From: Vulcanisaeta distributa DSM 14429
GTDB lineage: Archaea > Thermoproteota > Thermoprotei > Thermoproteales > Thermocladiaceae
Length of the DNA stretch: 32,000 nucleotides
Assembly (NCBI RefSeq): GCF_000148385.1
Contig: NC_014537.1
Location: 990,001 to 1,022,000 of the forward strand
Direction of reading: 5' to 3'
The position numbers and the translations under genes were made by a program. Below, in pieces: positions 17,869-27,059 of the stretch. The notes under the pieces are model-generated. The model had not been told where the DNA came from. It saw nothing but the letters and a program-made list of their open reading frames with translations, and made no database searches. Position 1 is the first letter of the stretch, and every line of letters starts with the position of its first letter.

Positions 17869-18396
17869 TTAAGTGCTTGGCTTGCACTTTGTTAGGTCTA
17901 TGAATTCCTCCTTGGTTAGTTCCCGGTATATAACTGCCATGTCGGTTAGGAACTTGCATATGAATTCCCTGGCGTCATCATCACTCCTAAACACGCTGAA
18001 TACCCCCTCCCTATCCGGCCCATTGTATTGGTACCTATGTAGTTCGAGGGATGCCAGGGTTAGGTACGGTATCATTGGGTTTAGTGTAGCAAGTACCTTG
18101 GATACCTCGAACATGCGTGTCGTGGGCATGAAGGCCACCACGTACAATGCCTCATCAATCCTCTCCTTCAATCCCCTAACCCTTACCTTACGCCTATATA
18201 CCTTGCCTAGCTCGTTAATCATATCGGTGGATATCGCCGCGAGGAAGGACTTCCATGCCTGGAATGCCTTACCGGCCGCGTTCCTAGTCAAGCCCTCACC
18301 GAGCATTCTAATTGCTATCTCAGCCTCGTAACGCGCCTCCATTAGTCGCGTTCTCCTGTACTCACCTAAATTAATCCAGGGCTTACCCAATTCCAT
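17869..18396 (-). CDS. PaREP1-family (HEPN-like helical) protein
   Basis: GKPWINLGEYRRTRLMEARYEAEIAIRMLGEGLTRNAAGKAFQAWKSFLAAI, followed by MPTTR and LELHRYQYNGPDREGV. These match my recollection of the Pyrobaculum PaREP1 family pattern (RNAAGKAFQAWKA, HEFQYNG). Confidence 0.65.
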   Translation of the reverse strand: MELGKPWINLGEYRRTRLMEARYEAEIAIRMLGEGLTRNAAGKAFQAWKSFLAAISTDMINELGKVYRRKVRVRGLKERIDEALYVVAFMPTTRMFEVSKVLATLNPMIPYLTLASLELHRYQYNGPDREGVFSVFRSDDDAREFICKFLTDMAVIYRELTKEEFIDLTKCKPST

Positions 18397-18514
18397 GGGC
18401 TGAGTTAATGGCGATTAACGGCATTATAAACCTTGCATAACGCAGTGTGTGGCTAGCACTAGTTAAAGTGCTTAGTCATTAAGTCAGCGCTTAAATGTCG
18501 ATTTAGCTAGTGGC

Positions 18515-19474
18515 TTGGTGATGCATTACAGGGTACTTGGAAGGACGGGTATTAGGGTTTCGGAGATTGGTTTTGGGGCTTGGGCCATTGGTACGGACAT
18601 GTACGGGGCCCATGACAGGGAGCGAGACATTGCCCTAATAAGGACTGCCCTTGACCTAGGAATAAACACCTTCGACACAGCGGACATGTATGGCGAGGGA
18701 TTGAGCGAGAAGATACTGGGTAAGGTCCTTAGGGGTTATGACGTTAATGTATTCACGAAGGTTGGTTATGAGGTCGGTAGGGTGGTTAATGGTCGTCACG
18801 TGCAGAACTTCAGCGTTAACTACATAGTCAATGCCGTTAAGGAGTCCTACAGGAGACTCGGCAGAAGAATAACGTTACTCCAACTCCACAACCCATCAAC
18901 CAGCGTGATTAGGGATAGGGAATTACGCAGGGCCTTGCTTAAGCTCGTGGAGGAGGGTTACGTGGAGCACATCGGCGTGGCCCTGGGCCCCGAAACCAAC
19001 GTCCTAAATGAGGGCTTGGCGGCTATTGATGAGGGTTATGAATCAATAATGTTTGTATTCAATATTCTAGAGCAGGAGCCAGGAAGGACACTAATTAGGC
19101 GTGGCGTTGAAAGCTCGATGGGCCTAATAACCAGGGTACCGCATGCCTCAAATGTATTAACGAGTGGGCAGGACATAAACTTCAAACCAAACGACCACAG
19201 GAACTTAAGGAACAGGGACTGGTTAATCAAGGCCCTGGAGTTCACGGACACGAGGATTAAGCCCATAGCCCAGTCCCTGGGCATGGACCTGGAGACCCTA
19301 GCCATTAAGTACGTTCTCTCATACCCGGTAAGTACTGTGATGGTCACGGCAATAAGCATTGAGGAACTAACGAAGTATGCCAACGCCGCCGACGGCAACT
19401 ACCTAAGTAATAATACGGTAAAGGCCCTGGAGAGCCTATATGAGGAATTCACAAAATCAATAAACAATGATTAG
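18515..19474 (+). CDS. aldo/keto reductase
   Basis: YRVLGRTGIRVSEIGFGAWAIG, INTFDTADMYGEGLSEKILGK, and LLQLHNP are typical AKR signatures. The gene has a TTG start. Confidence 0.88.
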   Translation: MVMHYRVLGRTGIRVSEIGFGAWAIGTDMYGAHDRERDIALIRTALDLGINTFDTADMYGEGLSEKILGKVLRGYDVNVFTKVGYEVGRVVNGRHVQNFSVNYIVNAVKESYRRLGRRITLLQLHNPSTSVIRDRELRRALLKLVEEGYVEHIGVALGPETNVLNEGLAAIDEGYESIMFVFNILEQEPGRTLIRRGVESSMGLITRVPHASNVLTSGQDINFKPNDHRNLRNRDWLIKALEFTDTRIKPIAQSLGMDLETLAIKYVLSYPVSTVMVTAISIEELTKYANAADGNYLSNNTVKALESLYEEFTKSINND

Positions 19475-19833
19475 GTTAGGGCACTATCCATCGAGAACCC
19501 AAGTTCCTCATCACTCATTATCAGTCATGGCGGTCATCTTCACACAGGATATAAACCACCGCAGTATTTATATCCATTTCCAACTGAGAACCACGCAATA
19601 CTAGTAAATGAACCCACAAAGCCAATAAGCATCACGCATGCTGACCAACACATATGCTGAGTCAGGGCCTATTACCCTTAAAACAAACTACAGCCATTAT
19701 CCAGCGACCATAGGCAATAATCAATGAGAGCAGGTAACACGTACCAATTCAAGCCACGCAATGCACAGAGTCAAGGGCCATGCATCACGTCATGGTAAAG
19801 TGTGAGGTTGCTTTCTATTTTGCTCGTTTAATT

Positions 19834-19860
19834 TTCTCTGAACACCCAAGTTATAAAAAG
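19834..19860 (+). promoter_or_regulatory. promoter block shared with the paralog at 2681..2705
   Basis: ttctctgaacacccaagttataaaaag. The TATA-like ttataaaaa lies about 25-30 nt before ATG 19883. Confidence 0.5.
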
Positions 19861-19870
19861 TCCGTGGGTT

Positions 19871-21520
19871 TTGTTACTCTTGATGGGTATGGGTTCTAGA
19901 TCGAGGCTCTTGTTAATAACTGCCGTGGTTATTGTGGTGGTTGTTGCCTCAGTACTCCTTGCCCCGCCGAGGATCTTCGTTAGTCATGGTGTGAAGGTTG
20001 GTAATACAAAAACCAGTGGATTCTCCACGGCAAACCAGGGCATTGTTGGTTTGCCAATTAGCCTGAACATTCCAATCTACGTAGTCGGTCCATCAACGCT
20101 TGTTCAGAGACTGGTTAGTGCTGGCATTAATCAATCACTGATCAAGCCTGTGACGGTTAATGAGTTGCCTAGTTTGCCCGGTAATAGCTTAGTTGTCATT
20201 GATTGGTCTGTAATTGGGCCTGGCTTGATCACGAATGTGAGTGGCTTGGTCCACGTGAACGTGAACTCAACAAACTTCAAACTAATCAGGGAGTTAATTA
20301 AGCGTGGTGACTTCGTGGTCATCCACGGTAATGCGAGTGAGGTGTCGGTTATTGAGTTGGTTTTGGCTGTTGCGTGGTCGAGGGCTTACAACACGAGCAT
20401 AATCGCAATACCAGTGCCCAAGTACCTAAACGGCCTAGACTATGTGATTGCCTACGGAAACAACCATGTACTAATAATAGGACCACACTCATTAAGTGCG
20501 GCACTAAACATAGCAAGCAAGTTCTGGACACCAATAATAACAAAAACACCAACACCAGACCCATCAGACGATTTATGCATGGATCTGTCCGTATCGGCTA
20601 CTAACCAGCCATCCCAAATCAGTAGTACCGCGTATGCAATTGTCTATGGTCAGCAATCCTACGAGGATTCACCTGGCGACTTCGTAGTTGACTTTTGCCT
20701 ATCGTGGTCGGTACTTGTCTATAATGATTATAATGGATACTCGGCTGGCTATGCCGAGCTCTACAACTACATTGAGTACATACCGAACTCTGGTACAGAG
20801 ATTGAGTACATTAAGTCCTTCCAGGATGCATACGCATCATACATGGTCTATGAGTATGAGATGGGCTACATAAGCGCATCACAATTACCTGGGGACGTTG
20901 AGTTTATAGCAGGAAGTGGTGGAGGCTACGAACCAGGCTACTGGACAAACACAGCCGGTGCTGACCCACATGCACAGACATGTACGTCATCAACGTCGTA
21001 CGGCATCAGCCTAGCTATCGGTTTCTCAACCTCGGGTACGGGCATTACGGTTTCTAATTCCGTTAGCACGACTTATTCCTGCCCAGAATATACAATATCA
21101 TTGTATGGTCAACCAGCTGCGGTTACGTCATTGAGACTATCCGCATCTAATCAGACCTGGGTCTTTACACCGCAGAGTACGCAATATGCGGAGCAGGAGC
21201 AGATATATGGGGTTGAGAGCGACGGAGACACATACATGGGCCCTGCCTATAATCCGCAATCTTCGGCTTACACAATACCCGCTGGCTCCTCGGTCGTTGT
21301 TAATGAGACGAATGGATGCACGTATTACCTATTTGGCTTCATACCCGAGAGTGGTACATTGGTTGAGCACATAGTCTACGACATAAACTGGGACGTTTGG
21401 GTTAACTCGAACGGTGCAATGAACCCCTACAGCTCCGGCTTAGCCATAGTCCCGCCAGCCGCCTCGGGCTGGAGCTCAAGCAACGGCTTCTACTACACAA
21501 CAAGCTGCTGGTTAGGATAA
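19871..21520 (+). CDS. membrane-anchored/secreted sequon-rich protein, paralog family member 2
   Basis: 549 aa with the signal anchor RLLLITAVVIVVVVASVLLAPP. Its N-terminal ~120 aa are homologous to the 1008..2660 product, but the C-terminal two-thirds are strongly diverged. The likely start is ATG 19883. Confidence 0.8.
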   Translation: MLLLMGMGSRSRLLLITAVVIVVVVASVLLAPPRIFVSHGVKVGNTKTSGFSTANQGIVGLPISLNIPIYVVGPSTLVQRLVSAGINQSLIKPVTVNELPSLPGNSLVVIDWSVIGPGLITNVSGLVHVNVNSTNFKLIRELIKRGDFVVIHGNASEVSVIELVLAVAWSRAYNTSIIAIPVPKYLNGLDYVIAYGNNHVLIIGPHSLSAALNIASKFWTPIITKTPTPDPSDDLCMDLSVSATNQPSQISSTAYAIVYGQQSYEDSPGDFVVDFCLSWSVLVYNDYNGYSAGYAELYNYIEYIPNSGTEIEYIKSFQDAYASYMVYEYEMGYISASQLPGDVEFIAGSGGGYEPGYWTNTAGADPHAQTCTSSTSYGISLAIGFSTSGTGITVSNSVSTTYSCPEYTISLYGQPAAVTSLRLSASNQTWVFTPQSTQYAEQEQIYGVESDGDTYMGPAYNPQSSAYTIPAGSSVVVNETNGCTYYLFGFIPESGTLVEHIVYDINWDVWVNSNGAMNPYSSGLAIVPPAASGWSSSNGFYYTTSCWLG

Positions 21521-21843
21521 CCAAACCCAAAATCAAAGCCCTTAAAACCAACACCCTTCTTTCACCAGCCCCTCACCATAAATAATCTACCCCTTAACGC
21601 TCCATGACCACGACATCGTAATCAGGCCCCGCCTGGAATCCCTATCCTCCTTAATCAACCTAGCAACCTCCTCAACACTAACATCATTAAGTAACTCCCT
21701 AAGCTCGTTTTATCTTCTCAGCCTCTCCCGCAACTCCTCATCCCTATTAATGCGTGTCACGGTGAATTCCCTCATATTGATACTGATACTATCAGGTAAT
21801 AAATTCTTCGTGTTAAAATCCGTAACGTGAAAACGTAATGCAA

Positions 21844-22137
21844 TCACTCCTCCTCGCCGGAACCACAGACCTCATCAATCACCTCATTAATATCGCCATT
21901 GGTCTCAAGATTAACAACCTCAGGCCTGTCACCGCCAAGCAGTGCGTAGGCCATACCATCACTGCCCAGCAGTATGTATGTGCAGGACTTAATGAGTATG
22001 TAATCACCAAGCTCAACATAACCCATTGTGTAGAGCACCTTCCTATAATTATCCTCAACAAACCTAATCAACTTCATGAAAGACTCCACATCACCATCCT
22101 CAACACCAACCAGTAAATCCTCAATCGAATCCTCCAC
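21844..22137 (-). CDS. small highly acidic hypothetical protein
   Basis: 97 aa, rich in D/E at both termini (MEDSIEDLLVGVEDGDVE ... EVIDEVCGSGEEE). No recognisable motif. The overlapping ORFs on the opposite strand and in another minus frame look like shadows. Confidence 0.45.
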   Translation of the reverse strand: MEDSIEDLLVGVEDGDVESFMKLIRFVEDNYRKVLYTMGYVELGDYILIKSCTYILLGSDGMAYALLGGDRPEVVNLETNGDINEVIDEVCGSGEEE

Positions 22138-22289
22138 AGGCTAAGCTCCCCTAGGCAAATAAAAAACTCACTCAGAATTCAGCTCAACCAATGCGTTCCT
22201 CACCAAGTAGGGCAGCATGATGTTGATATTACTAAGCAATGGTTACAAAGATTATAATAAACCAGGACTAAACCTCCACACCATAGTAC

Positions 22290-22500
22290 ACCCTAAATTC
22301 ATCATTCATTACATCGTAGGTGCATACAATATTCTAACTAAAGCCATAACCCCGAGTCCCCACGCGGGGATAGGGGTAACGGGCCGAAGACCAGGCCTGG
22401 GGCTGAACCCAAACGGGAATGTAGCCCCAAACCTCCCCGCCTTAGCAACACCAAGAACCCTCGCCCTTCAGGGCGGGGAGGAGGTCAGCTCCAACGGCAG
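22290..22500 (+). mobile_element. decayed 3' end of an IS200/IS605-type tnpB plus GC-rich RE/omega-RNA-like hairpin region (remnant A)
   Basis: The frame of track ORF 22217..22528 reads IVGAYNILTKA, compared with VIGAINVALRG (the RuvC-III tail) of the 27180 ORF. It then reads TLALQGGEEV across a hairpin. GC-rich stems are tcccc/gggga (22357-22370), ggggct/agcccc (22399-22428), cctcgccc/gggcgggg (22459-22478) and cctccccgcc/ggcggggagg (22432-41 / 22472-81). Confidence 0.4.
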
Positions 22501-22524
22501 AGTTAAGTTAAAAATAACGGTGCG

Positions 22525-23115
22525 TTGAACATTACTCGGTTAATGGATTCCTCAAGGTTCATAGAGCTTGTGCTGGATCTACACAATAAGTACGGCAGCG
22601 CATTAGGTATTAGTGACGTATATGCCTACAGCGCCCTGGGCAGGGTCATCAAGGCGGTAGGCACGGTAATAATATCCCCAAACTCACCAATGCTCCTCAG
22701 CAAGACCCCAAGGACAATATCAATGTACCTACTGAGCAACGGCTCAGTAATAGCCCTTGCGGACCTACCCATAGACGTGGCTAACCTAAGGGATTGCAGT
22801 GGTGAGAGGGTTGAGGTCACTAACGACCTCTATAAACCACCGAGCACCCTGACGGCCATTAACATGACCAAGTGCCAGGACCCCATATTCAGGGTTGTTA
22901 AGGATGTTGGTAGGAAGTACGGCGTTAACCTCGAGGTTTGGTTTACGAGTGAGTTGGGAATGGAGGGTGTTAAGGTGGTTTATAGGGGTGGTTTTAAGGA
23001 TCTAAAGCACCTGGCCAGAGTTGTTATTGTAATGACGGCACTAACCAACATCAGGGGTAATAATGATGTGGAAGCCGTTCTTAAATTAATAAGTGATTTA
23101 ATGAGGAGGTATTGA
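22525..23115 (+). CDS. hypothetical protein (ORFan)
   Basis: 196 aa from TTG 22525 (ATG 22543, MDSSRF, is the likelier start). The composition looks coding, but no motif is recognised. Confidence 0.5.
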   Translation: MNITRLMDSSRFIELVLDLHNKYGSALGISDVYAYSALGRVIKAVGTVIISPNSPMLLSKTPRTISMYLLSNGSVIALADLPIDVANLRDCSGERVEVTNDLYKPPSTLTAINMTKCQDPIFRVVKDVGRKYGVNLEVWFTSELGMEGVKVVYRGGFKDLKHLARVVIVMTALTNIRGNNDVEAVLKLISDLMRRY

Positions 23116-23116
23116 G

Positions 23117-24111
<995 letters not shown>

Positions 24112-24164
24112 CTATCCCGCTTATTACTGCGAAAGCATTTTACTAGGCTAAGCCTAGGGAACCC

Positions 24165-24707
24165 GTGGGCTACTTCTACGGCATCCTAATCAGGGAATTG
24201 GACATAACATCGTTGATTAAGACATTACCTGTAATACCCGTGGAGAGGGAGAACCTACACATGACCATTGTATACATCGGTGACCAAAGGCCGAGCCAGG
24301 AAATAGACGATAAAATCGGAATAAGCGTAGGCTCAATACCCTGCTTCAACGTCAAGCTCGGACAATTAATCCTACTGCCAAATGCCCTGAAGCCCAGGGT
24401 GTTGGCAGTTGAGGTCATCGGCAATGAGAGGTTGAGTAGGTTGAGGAATACGATAATGAACATACTAAGGGATTCAAGCATCTCGATTAACGACAAGCAC
24501 TCAGGCGAGTTCAAGCCTCACATATCAATAGCCTACATAAAATCAAAGAAGCTAAACCCAGAGGACATACTCGAGACAGCCCGTGAGATGGGTGTCGAGG
24601 AGGAGCTACGGGACAAATCACTACTAATTAACAGTGTCTCCTTAATACTGGCGAAGGAGGATAACTACAGGGAGTTAACAAGGCATGAATTGCAATGCCG
24701 ATTTTAA
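24165..24707 (+). CDS. 2H phosphoesterase / LigT-like 2'-5' RNA ligase
   Basis: Two H-x-T/S-x motifs at the expected spacing: LHMTIVYIG and KPHISIAYI. Confidence 0.8.
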   Translation: MGYFYGILIRELDITSLIKTLPVIPVERENLHMTIVYIGDQRPSQEIDDKIGISVGSIPCFNVKLGQLILLPNALKPRVLAVEVIGNERLSRLRNTIMNILRDSSISINDKHSGEFKPHISIAYIKSKKLNPEDILETAREMGVEEELRDKSLLINSVSLILAKEDNYRELTRHELQCRF

Positions 24708-24713
24708 GCGGGA

Positions 24714-25076
24714 TCACGTAAACCTAATCACGGGGTCAGCATTGCGTATCCCCACTATCCTAACCACAAAGCGCGTATTAGCCAATGGACCCAGTAAGTA
24801 TCGGCAATCACGAAACGGGCAAACACTGGACTTATGCCTCCTCAACCTATTATCACCATAGCTCTCAGCCCTAATGAGTAGTAGGTCACCATCACGCGTG
24901 TAAATAACCCTGTATGGGTAGTGGATATAAATGCCCCTCATTGGATCCCTAATCACTAACTCCACGTAGTCGGCCATGGACAAATCAACAAACAACGAAG
25001 TACTCCCACCCTTCACCTCATCTGCGCGGTGCTCCTTAATCACGAGACCACAATTACTGGCTAACTGCATGACCAC
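24714..25076 (-). CDS. hypothetical protein (ORFan), second gene of a two-gene operon
   Basis: 120 aa. The start (GTG 25076 or ATG 25070) overlaps the stop (25054-56) of the upstream gene. No motif is recognised. Confidence 0.5.
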   Translation of the reverse strand: MVMQLASNCGLVIKEHRADEVKGGSTSLFVDLSMADYVELVIRDPMRGIYIHYPYRVIYTRDGDLLLIRAESYGDNRLRRHKSSVCPFRDCRYLLGPLANTRFVVRIVGIRNADPVIRFT

Positions 25077-25755
25077 CCACCAGCGACGCCCTAAACGATT
25101 CCCAACCCCTCAACAACTCATTGAATTCCTCAATCAACTTCCTAAGCCTAGCCCTTCGGTAAGCCCTCAACTCATACTTCAAATCCTCACTTAGATAGTT
25201 AATCTTACTCTTAATCGAGTTTATTATGGAGTCCACAATGCGCAGTGCATCATTAACACTCACGTGTATTGGGTAAACACGGATGAAGGCATTACCATAC
25301 TTAGAAAAGACCTCCCTCCACTTATTAATGTCGAAGCACACTTCACGACCAATCCACGCATGGCCATACTTCGAAAAGCACCTCCTAATCTCCCTATGGA
25401 ACCTTACGGAGATGCTCACGTCATTAGGAACCCTAAACTCAAGGATATACAACACGACATTACCACCATTGCCAGGGGATACCCTAGTAATTAATTGATT
25501 AAATAATGCGGGCAAGAATCTGACACCGTCACCACCAACGCTTACATCAACCACATACGGCTTAGAATTAACGAAATAACCCTTAACAATGGCATAGTCA
25601 CCACCCACCACCTGAGCCCTAACAACATTACCACCCTCAACAACCCTGGCACCCCTAGCATCATAAACCGCAATAAACGGCTTATACGAACTAAGATAGG
25701 GCAGGGCAAACTCTACGTACTGACCACTCCCCGAATCAACGAGCCCCAACTCCAT
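25054..25755 (-). CDS. hypothetical protein (ORFan) with internal FSKYG(H/N)A(W/F)I repeat
   Basis: ATG 25755 (MELGLVDSG) has a tttaaatt box about 22-30 nt upstream on the minus strand. The track extension to 25833 is AT-rich and unlikely to be coding. The C-terminal third is basic and helical. Confidence 0.55.
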   Translation of the reverse strand: MELGLVDSGSGQYVEFALPYLSSYKPFIAVYDARGARVVEGGNVVRAQVVGGDYAIVKGYFVNSKPYVVDVSVGGDGVRFLPALFNQLITRVSPGNGGNVVLYILEFRVPNDVSISVRFHREIRRCFSKYGHAWIGREVCFDINKWREVFSKYGNAFIRVYPIHVSVNDALRIVDSIINSIKSKINYLSEDLKYELRAYRRARLRKLIEEFNELLRGWESFRASLVGGHAVSQ

Positions 25756-25934
25756 AGTAAATACAGGATAAAGGAACAATTTAAACTTAACAAACCGTGC
25801 GCAAAGAATGCACTGAAAAAGGTGCAATAACAATCCGTGAGAAAAACATTACGGTAAAACACCAGACACGGTGCATCGAAGAATTAACGAGAATCACCAT
25901 TTAAAGAGAGATTGAGATGTTAATAACACGGTGA

Positions 25935-26060
25935 TTAAGCATGTAACCCTAACCATGACTTAACCAACGCATGAACCGCGAGGGAAATCCCCAGGGTTAG
26001 GCCCTGGGGAAACCCTCGTAGGCGATTTAAGCGGTGGGCCAACCCCTGGAGTCGGGAGTT
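25935..26060 (-). mobile_element. 3'-end remnant of a tnpB-like gene plus RE/omega-RNA-like nested hairpin (remnant B)
   Basis: The reverse complement of 26031-26052 (actccaggggttggcccaccgc) matches 27962-27983 (actccaggggttggctcatcgc) at 20/22 positions. Both encode LQGLAHR. A nested hairpin follows: cgaggg-aaat-ccccaggg-ttagg-ccctgggg-aaa-ccctcg (25979-26018). Confidence 0.55.
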
Positions 26061-26922
26061 GAAGATCGATAAGAAACTAATGAGGGTGCTACTCGATTTA
26101 GGAGATAAGCCGTTAATAGTGATTGGTCCACCGAGTTCAGGGAAAACCACAATAATCACTACGTTGGGTTTAATGAGGCATAAACTCATGGGCTCATTCA
26201 TAACCTACATGACGCATAAGTCATCTGACGTTATTGGGGCTGTAATGAAACCATTAATACCCTGGAGATGCATACGCGATAACCTATTCCTAATACTTGA
26301 TTCCTATGAGGAGCTGAGCGCAAGACCTGGAATATCACTGCTGGTATCCTCAGCATATAGGTATAAGACCTATGGTAACTATGTTAGATACCTAAGATAC
26401 CTCGCTAGGAGTCCACGTAATGTTCACGCACTATGGCTTCTAGGGCGAATAATGCTACTACATGATATTGTGACCGACCAAGTCATTGACAATGAAGCTA
26501 TTAAGATAGCCACAATATTGAATAGTAGGGACATTAAGGGAGCATACTTAGCAACAGCCCTAATAATCAACAGCATGTGCCAACAAAGAACCAACAACCT
26601 ATTGATACTAGACGATATAACAATACTACCCATAAGGGAGGAAGCATTACTAAGGATCATTAGGATGGCAAGGGGCTTTACGAACATATGGATGGCAATG
26701 CATAGTATAGGTAGGTTAAACCTCGAAGACCTAAACACACCAACGATAATAACAAGCCATAGTGGCCCTGCTAAATCATTATCGAGATTAAAGGACATAC
26801 TAAGTCGAATAAAACCAGGCGAGGCGCTTTACATGGGCTTTAACGAAGAATTGAAAATAGAAATAAACGAGGTAAGAGAACTACGTAACAAACTACTCAA
26901 CGAAAGTAATAGTAACCCGTAA
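26059..26922 (+). CDS. P-loop NTPase of undetermined family
   Basis: Walker A VIGPPSSGKTT and Walker B-like NNLLILDDIT. There is no further recognisable domain. ATG 26080 is an alternative start that would avoid overlap with remnant B. Confidence 0.65.
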   Translation: MKIDKKLMRVLLDLGDKPLIVIGPPSSGKTTIITTLGLMRHKLMGSFITYMTHKSSDVIGAVMKPLIPWRCIRDNLFLILDSYEELSARPGISLLVSSAYRYKTYGNYVRYLRYLARSPRNVHALWLLGRIMLLHDIVTDQVIDNEAIKIATILNSRDIKGAYLATALIINSMCQQRTNNLLILDDITILPIREEALLRIIRMARGFTNIWMAMHSIGRLNLEDLNTPTIITSHSGPAKSLSRLKDILSRIKPGEALYMGFNEELKIEINEVRELRNKLLNESNSNP

Positions 26923-26956
26923 CCGTCACATCCACGGCAGGCGAACCCGTTAAAAA

Positions 26957-27045
26957 TCCCCTTCCTTTTTCAATCCCCCTACGCAGGGGGGAGGAGGAAG
27001 GGGAGTATGATGGGCGCGAGAGACCGAGCCGATGGCTCGGTCCTC
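26957..27045 (+). repeat. GC-rich hairpin pair (RE-like C-arm/G-arm hairpin plus a 9-12 bp perfect hairpin)
   Basis: tccccttcc (26957-65) pairs with ggaagggga (26996-27004), and the inner stem tccccc (26974-79) pairs with ggggga (26987-92). This has the same design as 22459-22478: C-rich arm, short loop, G-rich arm, then aggagg. It is followed by gaccgagcc-gat-ggctcggtc (27022-27042), extendable by gag/ctc. Confidence 0.6.
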
Positions 27046-27059
27046 GGACGTCCCTGAGT

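Noticed and set aside
19475-19870. 400-nt ORF-free, C/A-rich spacer upstream of paralog 2 as an ncRNA or CRISPR-like repeat region
   Set aside because: Only short chance repeats were found (atgctga twice, gtgatgc twice on the minus strand). There is no periodic repeat-spacer structure and there are no stable stems. It is probably decayed minus-strand coding sequence plus promoter.
1008-21520. Inverted paralog 5' regions acting as an invertible DNA switch for the 17-kb segment between them
   Set aside because: By eye, nucleotide identity over the shared ~400 nt is only about 70%, with short identical runs. Both copies keep their own promoter, so an inversion would change nothing obvious, and no recombinase gene is present.
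21572-21775. Small minus-strand ORF MREFTVTRINRDEELRERLRR*NELRELLNDVSVEEVARLIKEDRDS... interrupted by an in-frame TAA (21710-21712), possibly a broken RHH/antitoxin-like gene
   Set aside because: The resemblance to ribbon-helix-helix antitoxins is only compositional, there is no partner toxin gene, and both pieces are too short to support a call. It is noted as a possible pseudogene only.
22217-22528. Track ORF of 103 aa as a genuine protein gene
   Set aside because: The N-terminal half is AT-rich low-complexity sequence. The C-terminal half reads straight through GC-rich hairpins (PGLGLNPNGN...ALQGGEEV). It is better explained as a decayed tnpB 3' end plus a structured element.
25935-26201. 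Track ORF of 88 aa on the minus strand
   Set aside because: Its first two-thirds are antisense to the Walker A region of the ATPase gene. Only the tail (LQGLAHRL...) is meaningful, as a tnpB remnant.
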